Assembly: GCA_030149205.1 (NCBI GenBank)
Contig: JASBSB010000007.1
Location: 420,001 to 452,000, forward strand
Direction: 5' to 3'
Source: Candidatus Heimdallarchaeota archaeon
GTDB lineage: Archaea > Asgardarchaeota > Heimdallarchaeia > Heimdallarchaeales > Kariarchaeaceae
Length of the DNA: 32,000 nucleotides
Positions within the stretch are counted from its first letter, which is position 1; every line of letters begins with the position of its first letter. The notes beneath the pieces were generated by a model. The model was not told the origin of the DNA and made no database searches. It saw nothing but the letters and a program-made list of their open reading frames with translations. The position numbers were made by a program, and so were the translations under genes. Shown here in pieces: positions 17,148 through 26,285 of the stretch.

Positions 17148-18539
17148 GTGAGTGATGATGCGCTAATTCAATACTTTGATGATCTGTTAACAAAATGTAT
17201 TGAAATTTCTGAGTTTATTGCATCAAGAGATGCTACAGCTATGATATTTTATGAGAGGGGAAACTTGGATGCAATTGTAGCCAGCACTCTGCTTGCAAGA
17301 TTATATTTTGAGAGACAAAGAGCCTGTATGATCAGAGGTGTTAGTCTTGAAGAACTATCTGTTGAACTTGAAAATAAGGAACTTTTTTTCATAACCCTTG
17401 GTTTTTCCCTGAAAGCTGTTAACCCATTTCATGATCCTGAAACACAGATTGTATCAGTTATACCGGCAGAGCCAGAAAGTTTGGAATCTTCCCCATATTT
17501 GTTAAATTCTGGGGTATTTGGGTATTTTGATCAACAGACCAGCATATCTGCATGTGTTTATTTTGTGGTGTCAAATCTTGTGAAGAAATCTCCCAGTATC
17601 TATTACCTCCCACTTCTTGCCAGTTATGCTATCTACAAAGGTGAAAAGGTAGAGGGTCTTCATGAGGTGATACTTCACGATGGGATAGAGGCAAAGGTGA
17701 TTGAGGAGAAACACAATCTCTCTCTTCCTGGCATTAATTATTTTACCCTTGCAGATTCTCTACTCTATTCTACAGATCCAATTTTTCCTGGGATTTCTGG
17801 GGTACAACCCAATATCAACAAAGTTATTCAAAAAAGTGGTATTGAGTTGGAATCTACCGCAGGGAAAAGAAAAATTATTGACCTGCAGGAAAATGAGGTC
17901 AACAAACTCGCATCCACTCTAGTTATTACCTTGTCACAACTGGCATATCAGGAATTCCTTCCACCTTTAGTAAGGCAGGAGATTTTGATCAAATCTGAGA
18001 AGAAATCCCTGTTAACCCACTTTCTAAGAGATTTCAGCTTAGCTATATCGACTGCAGTGGAGTCTGGAAACGGTTCTAAAGCCCTTTCTGTCTTAATTGG
18101 AGAACGTTCCGAATCATTGAAATCGATCAGAGTTGACTATTATAACTATTTAAGACAATTACACTCAGTCTTAAATCTTTTACTCCAGGATGAACCAGAC
18201 CTTACCACCCTTTCTAAATTACAATACTTTGAGTTGACTGAAAAAATTAATCCTGGGTTACTTTCTAAACTTGGCTCACTATTAAACGCCTCTGGGAAAA
18301 TTAACATTTCACTCCCTCTACTGATCTATTATTCACCTAACCCTGAGACCACTAGAATTGGACTAAGAGGCTCAAAAACGGTTTTACCACCAAATAAACT
18401 TGAAAAGTTAGCCAGATTTCTCACCAAGCAATCGATCTATTTCGAGCATGACAGGAACCATGGTTTTTTAGTCTTTTCAACACCAGAGAATGTTATCAAT
18501 GATATTGAAACGATTAACACATTTCTTGAGACAGAATGA
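17148..18539 (+). CDS. RecJ/GAN/Cdc45-like DHH-fold protein with degenerate nuclease motifs
   Basis: Directly downstream of rps15, the conserved archaeal position of the GAN/RecJ gene. Recognisable segments LDAIVASTLL, LLNSGVFG..SISACVY and LYSTDPIFPGISG. Motifs DxDG, DxG and DHH are eroded. Confidence 0.7.
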   Translation: MSDDALIQYFDDLLTKCIEISEFIASRDATAMIFYERGNLDAIVASTLLARLYFERQRACMIRGVSLEELSVELENKELFFITLGFSLKAVNPFHDPETQIVSVIPAEPESLESSPYLLNSGVFGYFDQQTSISACVYFVVSNLVKKSPSIYYLPLLASYAIYKGEKVEGLHEVILHDGIEAKVIEEKHNLSLPGINYFTLADSLLYSTDPIFPGISGVQPNINKVIQKSGIELESTAGKRKIIDLQENEVNKLASTLVITLSQLAYQEFLPPLVRQEILIKSEKKSLLTHFLRDFSLAISTAVESGNGSKALSVLIGERSESLKSIRVDYYNYLRQLHSVLNLLLQDEPDLTTLSKLQYFELTEKINPGLLSKLGSLLNASGKINISLPLLIYYSPNPETTRIGLRGSKTVLPPNKLEKLARFLTKQSIYFEHDRNHGFLVFSTPENVINDIETINTFLETE

Positions 18540-19156
18540 AGCGCAAAACTCTTGAAATCTATCTTGAACAGCATGTTCACTCCTTTTCCAAACCAAAGGT
18601 TGCACTTGAGCAGTATGTTACCTCAGCTGAACTAGCAAGTCTTATCATACACAGAGCCTACACCTTGGGGGATATAGCTGAAAAGGAGATTCTTGACCTA
18701 TGTGCTGGGACAGGCATATTTGGCATCAGTGCTTCGTTGTTAGGGGCAAGCACTGTCACATTTGTAGAAATTGATCCAGATGCAGCTATAGACCTTCAAG
18801 GTAATTTAGATGAAACAGGGCTTAACAACACAAAGCTTATTATAAAAGATGCTTTAAATTGGGATCCTGAGGTTCAGTTTGACACGGTTTTTTTGAATCC
18901 ACCCTTTGGTATTCAACAGAAGGTGCATAGGGATGTTGAATTTTTAGAAAAGGCTTATTCAATTTCAAAGGTTGTGTATTCTATTCATGATGGAAACAGT
19001 AGTCTCGAATTTTTTCACAGATTTGCTAAATTACATGGGTTCGAATTAACAGAGTATTATAAGGGTGAGTTCAAGCTTCCAAAAATATTTAATTTTCAAC
19101 AAAAATCAGTGTTGAAGCTTCCTGTTATCATATTACGATCTATGCAAGTCAAATAA
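18536..19156 (+). CDS. METTL5-family RNA methyltransferase
   Basis: PKVALEQYVTSAELA, LDLCAGTG, VEID, LNPPFG, VVYSIH. Confidence 0.92.
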   Translation: MKRKTLEIYLEQHVHSFSKPKVALEQYVTSAELASLIIHRAYTLGDIAEKEILDLCAGTGIFGISASLLGASTVTFVEIDPDAAIDLQGNLDETGLNNTKLIIKDALNWDPEVQFDTVFLNPPFGIQQKVHRDVEFLEKAYSISKVVYSIHDGNSSLEFFHRFAKLHGFELTEYYKGEFKLPKIFNFQQKSVLKLPVIILRSMQVK

Positions 19157-19206
19157 CGCACAAACACAATCTCTATCCTTTTATGTAAACTGAGCAATAA
19201 TTAATT

Positions 19207-20007
19207 ATGAGTAACCAAAAGAAACTACCCGAAAAAGGAGAGCTTGTCCTAGGGAGAGTTTACCGGATAACCGAGCACGGTGTATATGTAAAATTGATAG
19301 AATATGAGGGGGTAGACGCATATTGCCATATATCTGAGATTGCAAATGCATGGATTCGTAAAATTCGTAATTTCGTCACACAAGGACAGCAGGTTGTCGG
19401 GAAGGTTGTAAAGGTCCAGCGCAACACAAACCAGGTTGATATCAGTTTAAAACGATTATCACCCCAACAAAAAAAGGAGAAAACCCTGGAATATAAACGA
19501 ACAATGGCTGCGAAAGCAATATTAAGTCTTTTAGCAGAGAAACTTGAAACCACCCCTCTTGAAATTGAAGAGAAATTGGCTGAACCTTTAATAGAGAATT
19601 ATTATACTTTATTTAATGCCTTTGAAGCAATCGCTGCAGAGGGTAAGGAAGCACTTGCTGATATCAATATCTCCGCAAAATACAAGAATGCACTTGTTGA
19701 GGTTACAAAGGCAAGTGTCAAACTAAGCAATGCAGAGACAGAGGTTATTATTGGATTACGTTCGTTTGCCCCAGATGGATTAGAACAGGTCAAATCGGTT
19801 CTCTTTACTGCTGAAAATTCAATCACAGAAAATAAAAAAATAGGTTTTACCCTCACTACAATTGGATCACCGAGATATAGGTTGCTTGTCTCAGGAAAGT
19901 ATTTTGAAGATGTTGATGAGGCAGTACAGTCCACAATAAGAGCGGTAAACCAGAAAGCAGAGGAACTTGAGGTAGACTGTGCAATAGAAATTAAGGAAAC
20001 ACAATGA
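19207..20007 (+). CDS. eif2a: Translation initiation factor 2 alpha subunit (aIF2-alpha)
   Basis: LPEKGELVLGRV, YCHISEIANAWIRKIR S1 domain, VDISLKR, TIGSPRYRL. Confidence 0.96.
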   Translation: MSNQKKLPEKGELVLGRVYRITEHGVYVKLIEYEGVDAYCHISEIANAWIRKIRNFVTQGQQVVGKVVKVQRNTNQVDISLKRLSPQQKKEKTLEYKRTMAAKAILSLLAEKLETTPLEIEEKLAEPLIENYYTLFNAFEAIAAEGKEALADINISAKYKNALVEVTKASVKLSNAETEVIIGLRSFAPDGLEQVKSVLFTAENSITENKKIGFTLTTIGSPRYRLLVSGKYFEDVDEAVQSTIRAVNQKAEELEVDCAIEIKETQ

Positions 20008-20183
20008 AATCTCTCAAAAGGTGTCTAAACAAGGGTTGTAAGAGGTATAAACGTTATACTCTTTATGCAAAATGTAGTTTATGCAAACATAAGACCTTCT
20101 CTCCTCACCCCCCTAAATTTTCACTTATTAAAGAAATTAACCTCAGACCTTACACAAGAAAACTTAAGAACAATTCTGAATAA
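20004..20183 (+). CDS. nop10: H/ACA RNP subunit Nop10
   Basis: Not in ORF track (59 aa). MKSLKRCLNKGCKRYKRYTLYAKCSLCKHKTFSPHPPKFS...; ATGA overlap with the aIF2-alpha stop, the conserved archaeal gene order. Confidence 0.9.
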   Translation: MKSLKRCLNKGCKRYKRYTLYAKCSLCKHKTFSPHPPKFSLIKEINLRPYTRKLKNNSE

Positions 20184-20234
20184 GTGGGTATTCATACCTA
20201 GATTTTTAGTTATCCTAAACATCCAAGAACATAG

Positions 20235-20765
20235 ATGAGAATTTCCCCGTCACAATATTTTTCTGATATTCATTCTAGAGAATCTGGTGCAAAATCTCCA
20301 TCAGTTCCGACTGAAATGTTCATCGTGAAGGGTGAAGGACAAAGTAATCATTCTTTTTTGAATGCTTTTGATAAAAGTCTTATGAACGCAGGTATAGGAC
20401 ATCTAAATCTCATCCAATACTCTTCTATCCTCCCTCACCCTATCCAGTTTTATGACCAACCTTTCTCTATTCAACCTGGAAGTCAGACAGGAGTTATTCT
20501 GTCAAAAATGTCAGGTAAGCAAGGTGAGACCATCAGCGCAGGACTTATAGTCGGTAAGGCAGAAGGTTATTCTGTGGTTTATGAGGGAACAGGAAAATCA
20601 AAGGAAGATCTGAATAAATTTTTAGTCTCAAGTATTACTGAAGCGTTGAACGCCAGAGGAATCTTAAACCCAAATTTTTTTCTGGAGAGTTGCCAAATGG
20701 AAGTAACAGACAAATTTGGGTCAATCATAGTTGCAATTGTGTTTAATCCCAAGACTTTTGTTTGA
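20235..20765 (+). CDS. pdaD: Pyruvoyl-dependent arginine decarboxylase
   Basis: AFDKSLMNAGIGHLNLIQYSSILP (Ser-Ser self-cleavage site), ISAGL, VYE, IVAIVF. Confidence 0.85.
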   Translation: MRISPSQYFSDIHSRESGAKSPSVPTEMFIVKGEGQSNHSFLNAFDKSLMNAGIGHLNLIQYSSILPHPIQFYDQPFSIQPGSQTGVILSKMSGKQGETISAGLIVGKAEGYSVVYEGTGKSKEDLNKFLVSSITEALNARGILNPNFFLESCQMEVTDKFGSIIVAIVFNPKTFV

Positions 20766-20820
20766 ACATTCATGAGATTCAGCACAGTATTTATATATCT
20801 ATGATACACGTATTATTATA

Positions 20821-21573
20821 GTGGTCGACACAGAAAATATTGATGTGACAAAAATACTTGAGCTGGTTGCAAATAAGTACCGCAGGGAAATTTTAAGGTT
20901 ACTTAGCCTTGATGATCGGTATGCTTATGAGTTGGCTAAATCCTTAAACATAACACCCCGTGCTGTCACGAACCACCTGAAGAGTCTCGAAGATTATGAT
21001 CTGGTCTATTCCGAAAAAAAGTCATCAGGAATAGGACCAGATAGGGAATACTTCTCCTTGGATAAAGATATCTCGATTAGGATAACCTTTGGTCAGAATC
21101 TTTTTGCTACTAGGGTGACAATGCTGGAGCATGAAGAGGGAGATATGGTGGATGCAAATCTGCAACTTGCTGCCCCAGACAAAAGTTATAAACTCATGGA
21201 CATTTTAGATGGAGCATTAGGTGAACTACCTCAGATCAGAAAACAGATAGATATTCTAGAAAAAGAAACGAATAGGTACTTACGAAAATATCAAGGGTTG
21301 ATGTTACACTTTAGTTCATTATTGAAGGATAAGGGATTGGAGACAGATGAGATTGAATTTCTGTTAAAATTGATAGAGCAGGGTGGTAGGGCAACCCTCA
21401 ACAAACTCTGTGAACTCTTAAACAAAACAGAGGTTACCATTAATCCAACAATTACACGACTCAAGGATAAATCACTGATCTCAACAGTATTTATTTTTGA
21501 TGAGGATGCTCAGAGTGAAGAAATTGCATATGAGATTAATACTCCCTCTGTAAAGGATGTTATTTATCAGTAG
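20821..21573 (+). CDS. ArsR-family transcriptional regulator with coiled coil and second C-terminal winged helix
   Basis: NKYRREILRLL..RYAYELAKSLNITPRAVTNHLKSLEDYDLV; C-terminal ATLNKLCELLNKTEVTINPTITRLKDKSLI. Confidence 0.88.
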   Translation: MVDTENIDVTKILELVANKYRREILRLLSLDDRYAYELAKSLNITPRAVTNHLKSLEDYDLVYSEKKSSGIGPDREYFSLDKDISIRITFGQNLFATRVTMLEHEEGDMVDANLQLAAPDKSYKLMDILDGALGELPQIRKQIDILEKETNRYLRKYQGLMLHFSSLLKDKGLETDEIEFLLKLIEQGGRATLNKLCELLNKTEVTINPTITRLKDKSLISTVFIFDEDAQSEEIAYEINTPSVKDVIYQ

Positions 21574-21832
21574 TCTCTTTTATATCTTTAATTACATCAA
21601 CTATTTTTTGATTGATCTGAGCAGCTTTGAGTATATCATCAATAGTGTTTTTTAATGTGCCTATCCCCATCTCCCCCTTTATTTCACATACGATGCCTGT
21701 TTCAGTCTGTTTCGCAACTATCTGCATGTTTTTTGGAACAGTCTTATTCTCTGGTTCAACCGCAAGAAATAGACTATCTGGCTCCCCACTTATCTCAATT
21801 GTTACATCACATTGAAACTTTGGTTCTTTCAC
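21560..21832 (-). CDS. pcc1: KEOPS complex subunit Pcc1
   Basis: 90 aa. LFLAVEPE...IVCEIKGEMGIGTLKNTIDDILKA matches the Pcc1 pattern. Confidence 0.75.
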   Translation of the reverse strand: MKEPKFQCDVTIEISGEPDSLFLAVEPENKTVPKNMQIVAKQTETGIVCEIKGEMGIGTLKNTIDDILKAAQINQKIVDVIKDIKETTDK

Positions 21833-21862
21833 ACCCTGAATTATCTCTGTCTAATAAAAGAA

Positions 21863-22819
21863 TTAAGATCGTAAATCATACTGTGGATCCTCCTCAATTA
21901 GAGTAAATCCTAACTGGTTCAAGACAGTGTCAGTCAGATTAGATTTTATCACCTGAAGATCAACTGACTCAAATCCTCTGCGATACAATAAATCCACTAA
22001 TATACTCACAAATTCTTTTAAAAGCTCTTCAGATGGGGTTTTAGACACATAAATTCTGGAGTATTGTGTCACAATTGCAACGATCTGAGTTTCTGAGACA
22101 TTTATTGCCAGAATCTCAAACGGTGTTGTTTCGCCCCAGATATACGGTTGGGCTATTGTATCAATTGAGCCAATTAATTGGTTTAGATCATAAATCTGCA
22201 ACCCGTACTCTCCAATGATCCTTTCTCCTGTTCTCATTACATCCAATATATCACTTTCCAATTGATCAAAGGTGCCTAATTTTATCTGATATTCTCTTGG
22301 GGTTCTTTGTATTATTTTCGGCTCTCCTTCTGGAAAAATTAAGGTTTCAGATTCTTTGATACTAGCAATGAAATTTAGATCAAGCCACCAATTTTGCAAG
22401 ATTCTTGTGTTTTTAGCTAATTTGCCGTAAATGTGCTCGGTAACCTCATCCTCAGCTTCAGTTAAAATTCTCTGTGAATCAACAGTCTTAATTAAATGCT
22501 CCAAAAGTGATTTTGCTACTCCCCCTCCTCGATATTGGACTCTCACTAATAACCAAATGACATAAGTCGTGTCTTCCTCAGTGACAAAATCTAGCTGACC
22601 AATTATTCTTCCCTCTGATTCTGCAATCAGGATATCTCCACCAGATTTGTTCAATTGGTCAAAGTACCATTGAAAGAGGGATTCATCTCCCCACCATCTG
22701 ACTTCCTCAAATATCTCTTCAATTGGTTCAGATTTTGTGAAACCATATGCCTCCCTATTCATAGAAACCAGTTCTGGGAGGTCTTTCTTTTGAAATCTTC
22801 TGATAATCATTTCAATCAC
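21863..22819 (-). CDS. GNAT-family N-acetyltransferase with C-terminal second GNAT-like domain
   Basis: MIIRRFQKKDL, LIAESEGRIIG, LLVRVQYRGGGVAKSLLEHL. Start possibly ATG at 22810. Confidence 0.85.
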   Translation of the reverse strand: MIEMIIRRFQKKDLPELVSMNREAYGFTKSEPIEEIFEEVRWWGDESLFQWYFDQLNKSGGDILIAESEGRIIGQLDFVTEEDTTYVIWLLVRVQYRGGGVAKSLLEHLIKTVDSQRILTEAEDEVTEHIYGKLAKNTRILQNWWLDLNFIASIKESETLIFPEGEPKIIQRTPREYQIKLGTFDQLESDILDVMRTGERIIGEYGLQIYDLNQLIGSIDTIAQPYIWGETTPFEILAINVSETQIVAIVTQYSRIYVSKTPSEELLKEFVSILVDLLYRRGFESVDLQVIKSNLTDTVLNQLGFTLIEEDPQYDLRS

Positions 22820-24176
22820 TAATCAGACTCAGTCTTGCATCTTTTCTCATGTGCCAAATTCTTTCAAGATTAAAAACATTTAACAAAAGCAGGCGTACGT
22901 CTGGATTTTTGGGATACCTTTCCTTCAACCTCCTAATCGATTGCAATGTGGTCTCTCGTATCTTTTTGTCGGGATCTGTGATTAAGGTTTCTAATAAGTT
23001 AACAAGTTCTTTTGAAGGTTGTAAAACTCTTAGTGCTCTAACTGCCACATTTTTATAACTTGAATCTAAAACTGCTGTAATTGTCTTAATCGATGGATTT
23101 GTTATAAGTCTAAATTCTGTAACCTCAAAATCAAAGTTTGTTAGTCTAGATGTATCCGTATTGTGAAGAACAAATTCTAGGACTGCTTGAGACAAAACAC
23201 ATCTATATCTCGCAGAAATTGACCCTACTATTAGTCCTTTGAAAAAAGACTCAGGTGGGTTATGAGTTAATAGCTCTCTTAGTTCCACAGTTTTACCAGC
23301 TTCAGCCAAAGTGGCAGTTATCCCAATTTGAACATCTCCATCTAAATCTTTGTAGGTATCATAAGATATTTCTCCCCACTGGCTTATATAACTATAATAT
23401 AACAGTCTTTGTTGTGTGTTTTCCAATTTCTCCTTCACCCCTTGTTTTTGGAAAATCTCGAGTACCTGCTTGTTGACCTTAGGATTTTGTGAGGTTATAG
23501 CAGTGAAAAGCTGAAGTATTGTTAGAATGGTTACCCTGCGTTCAGTCTTTGATAGTAGTTTTGATCCTTCCTCAATCCAAAATTCATGGTCTTTTGAACT
23601 AAGCTGTTTAACCTGGTTGGTAACCGCTCTCAGAGTATCGTTAATGACTCTGATTTCAGTCCCCATTTCTCCATCTCTTAACAAAGTTTTGCTGTAAAAC
23701 TCCTTTAAAATAGAAACTGCCATTTTCGAATTTATCCTTCCGAGAGACTTAGCTACCCATCTCCTACTCATCTCATATTCATCATTTTGACATTTTGCAA
23801 GAATATCAATTCCAGCTTCAGCTCCGATTTGACCAACTGACCATATCGAGGTTCTTCTGAGTTCCTTATCCTTTGCAAAGACAGTCTCACCCAAGAATTT
23901 TAGACCCCTTATATCCCCCAGTTTCCCGATTGATTCTGCGCATTCATTTCTTAATGCAACTGGTTCTGTTGGGTCAGTTAGAACTCTTCCAAGGTGTGGC
24001 ACTGCTACCCAATCCCCCATTTTTGCAAGTTTGTCTGGGATATATTTTCTCTTGTTGAAATCTGGCTCTGTGTAAAGTTCTTGTATCAGCTCATAAACAC
24101 TGTACTCAGGTTTTAATGATGAAGGTTCCACCAAGTTTGTATTTTGATATCTCCTTGAAATACCCTCTGTTAACAC
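22812..24176 (-). CDS. HEAT/PBS-lyase-like repeat protein
   Basis: LRNECAESIGKLGD, LRRTSIWSVGQIG, SRRWVAKSLGRI, and C-terminal DPDKKIRETTLQSI. Confidence 0.85.
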   Translation of the reverse strand: MLTEGISRRYQNTNLVEPSSLKPEYSVYELIQELYTEPDFNKRKYIPDKLAKMGDWVAVPHLGRVLTDPTEPVALRNECAESIGKLGDIRGLKFLGETVFAKDKELRRTSIWSVGQIGAEAGIDILAKCQNDEYEMSRRWVAKSLGRINSKMAVSILKEFYSKTLLRDGEMGTEIRVINDTLRAVTNQVKQLSSKDHEFWIEEGSKLLSKTERRVTILTILQLFTAITSQNPKVNKQVLEIFQKQGVKEKLENTQQRLLYYSYISQWGEISYDTYKDLDGDVQIGITATLAEAGKTVELRELLTHNPPESFFKGLIVGSISARYRCVLSQAVLEFVLHNTDTSRLTNFDFEVTEFRLITNPSIKTITAVLDSSYKNVAVRALRVLQPSKELVNLLETLITDPDKKIRETTLQSIRRLKERYPKNPDVRLLLLNVFNLERIWHMRKDARLSLISD

Positions 24177-24234
24177 TCATTATTTATGAAAGGTCATATG
24201 ATTATATTTTTATTTCTTGAGATGAATCTTCGAT

Positions 24235-24798
24235 GTGAACGAAGCAAACTTTGAGGAGGTTGAACTTTCAGAGACCCGTGATCCTTTAACCTCTTTAATT
24301 TTGGCCATATCTGCCTCGGTTCTTCTCTGGATACTTCTTCTTTCAATTCCCACGTTATCAAATGACTATCTTCTGGCAGTTCTTCTGATCTCCATTTTTT
24401 CGATATTGTTGTTTTACAAAATTTTAAGAATCCCCAGAGCCAAGGTCTTGTTTCGGAAGGGGTACCGGCTGGTTGGATACTCTTACAAAGACTCCAGTGG
24501 GAAGACCATCCCTCTAACAATGATCCCCTTCGATAAAGTGGAACGAATATTTGTGGTTCCACGGGAAAGGTTTACTAAGGAGGTAAAGGGAAAATCATTG
24601 GTTGAATTAGAGCTCTGGAAGACGGAGCTACATTTTCTGTTTAAGGTAAAAATTCCAAAGAAAAATGTGGAAAAAACAGAGGAAATTATAATTTCTGGAA
24701 AGGGATATGATTACGAGGAAAATCTGCTCACTTTATTAAATTGGGGCGTATTAAAACCCTCAGTCAATTCAGAAGAAATCTACACTTTCAGCAGATGA
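24235..24798 (+). CDS. Hypothetical membrane protein (2 TM helices plus soluble, possibly PH-like, domain)
   Basis: Two hydrophobic segments followed by a Lys/Glu-rich beta-like domain. GTG start. Confidence 0.65.
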   Translation: MNEANFEEVELSETRDPLTSLILAISASVLLWILLLSIPTLSNDYLLAVLLISIFSILLFYKILRIPRAKVLFRKGYRLVGYSYKDSSGKTIPLTMIPFDKVERIFVVPRERFTKEVKGKSLVELELWKTELHFLFKVKIPKKNVEKTEEIIISGKGYDYEENLLTLLNWGVLKPSVNSEEIYTFSR

Positions 24799-24896
24799 TG
24801 AGTCAAAATTCTAAACCATCTCGAAAGTTGCAGGTTTTTGTGTCTTGTTAAGAACCCATAAATAGTATTGCTAATTATTTAACTTATTGATAAAAT

Positions 24897-26084
24897 ATGA
24901 CCCAGCAAAAAAATACCAATACTAGCTGGGTACCAAGAAATTCTGCATTAATATTTGCTGATGAGGATGTTGATGGTCTGATGTCAGCAGTGATTGTTGC
25001 AAAACAGTATGCAGAAAGCTATCAAATCAAGTTTGTGACCGCTCGGTCATTGACTGATGCTATGAAGAGATCCCTTCACAAGATCGAATCAAAGTATAGC
25101 CCTGATGAATGTGCTAACTTGGATGCTTATATCGTTGATGTAGGGATAAATCAAGGGTCAATTGATGAATTTGCATTTGTTGCTGAAAGGTTTATAGAGC
25201 TCGGTGTAAGAGTACTCTACTTTGATAGCCATTCCAACAAATTCAATGGAGAACCCTTGGTACACAAATTAGAAGAGATAGGTGTCCTGGTTCATACAGG
25301 ACAAATTGGTACCGCTGCAGCCTCAATAATTCAAAATTACCTTGGAACACCAGATACTGTTCGATTGCGTAAGCTAGGTGCCTTATCAGACAGAGAAGCC
25401 AACTTCTCTGATATGAAAGACATGTATTATGAAAGAGATGGTCTTCGTCTACTTCAAGCAGCTGTTGCCTGGGGAGCATGGAAAGAAAGATCGTTCTTAC
25501 ACATGATCTCACGCCAGCTTGTAAATAACCCCGAGATCGATTTCACTTCACACTCAAAGATAAACAACCTTGCTAAAAAGGCAAACAAACACCGAGATAG
25601 ACTTTTCAAGCATGTCTTAAAGCACTCAAAGGTCTTGGAGGTTTCACACAACCCCAGAATCTTGGCAGTCTTCTCTCTTGACCGAAGCGATTTTGGAAAA
25701 GCAAGAGGGACAATTGCAGGACATTTGGCAGGTGAATGGGGTGCAGTAATTATGTTAATCACTCCAGATGAGCTTCCTAATTATTACAGTATCAGTGTGA
25801 GAAATCATTACCGAATCAAAGTAGACCTTGAACGGTTAGGGCAGCTTGCTATGGCAGAGACAGCAGGTGGTTCTAAAGGAGCCTATAGGATAACTCTTGA
25901 GAAAGATAGGATCCTAGATTTTATAATTAAGGTTCAACAGTGGACTTATTACCTAAGGCCCCCATGGATACAACAAAAAGTCAAACAAAAGAAACCAGAA
26001 CTCTTAAAATCTCAATCAAGTCATTATTTTGAGGAACAAGCAACAGTTATCAAAAGCAAAGACAAAGAATCAGTGGCTGAATAA
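24897..26084 (+). CDS. DHH-superfamily phosphoesterase (RecJ/NrnA-like) with DHHA1 domain
   Basis: FADEDVDGLMSA, IVDVG, YFDSH, GTAAAS, LGALSD, YSISVR, AGGSKGA. Confidence 0.85.
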   Translation: MTQQKNTNTSWVPRNSALIFADEDVDGLMSAVIVAKQYAESYQIKFVTARSLTDAMKRSLHKIESKYSPDECANLDAYIVDVGINQGSIDEFAFVAERFIELGVRVLYFDSHSNKFNGEPLVHKLEEIGVLVHTGQIGTAAASIIQNYLGTPDTVRLRKLGALSDREANFSDMKDMYYERDGLRLLQAAVAWGAWKERSFLHMISRQLVNNPEIDFTSHSKINNLAKKANKHRDRLFKHVLKHSKVLEVSHNPRILAVFSLDRSDFGKARGTIAGHLAGEWGAVIMLITPDELPNYYSISVRNHYRIKVDLERLGQLAMAETAGGSKGAYRITLEKDRILDFIIKVQQWTYYLRPPWIQQKVKQKKPELLKSQSSHYFEEQATVIKSKDKESVAE

Positions 26085-26285
26085 CTAGTTGAACTAGTTT
26101 TTCAAATTAAATTTACCAACAAACTTCTAAATTCACAACTTATTTGATCAAATGCATCATAAAGGTTAAAATTATTGTAATTTTCCCGATTTTTTTTTAA
26201 GCTAATTCGGAATATGTGAAAAAGACTTTTAAATGAACCATGTTCATAATAATTTATTGAACATCGTTCAAAATGGTGCCTAGTT

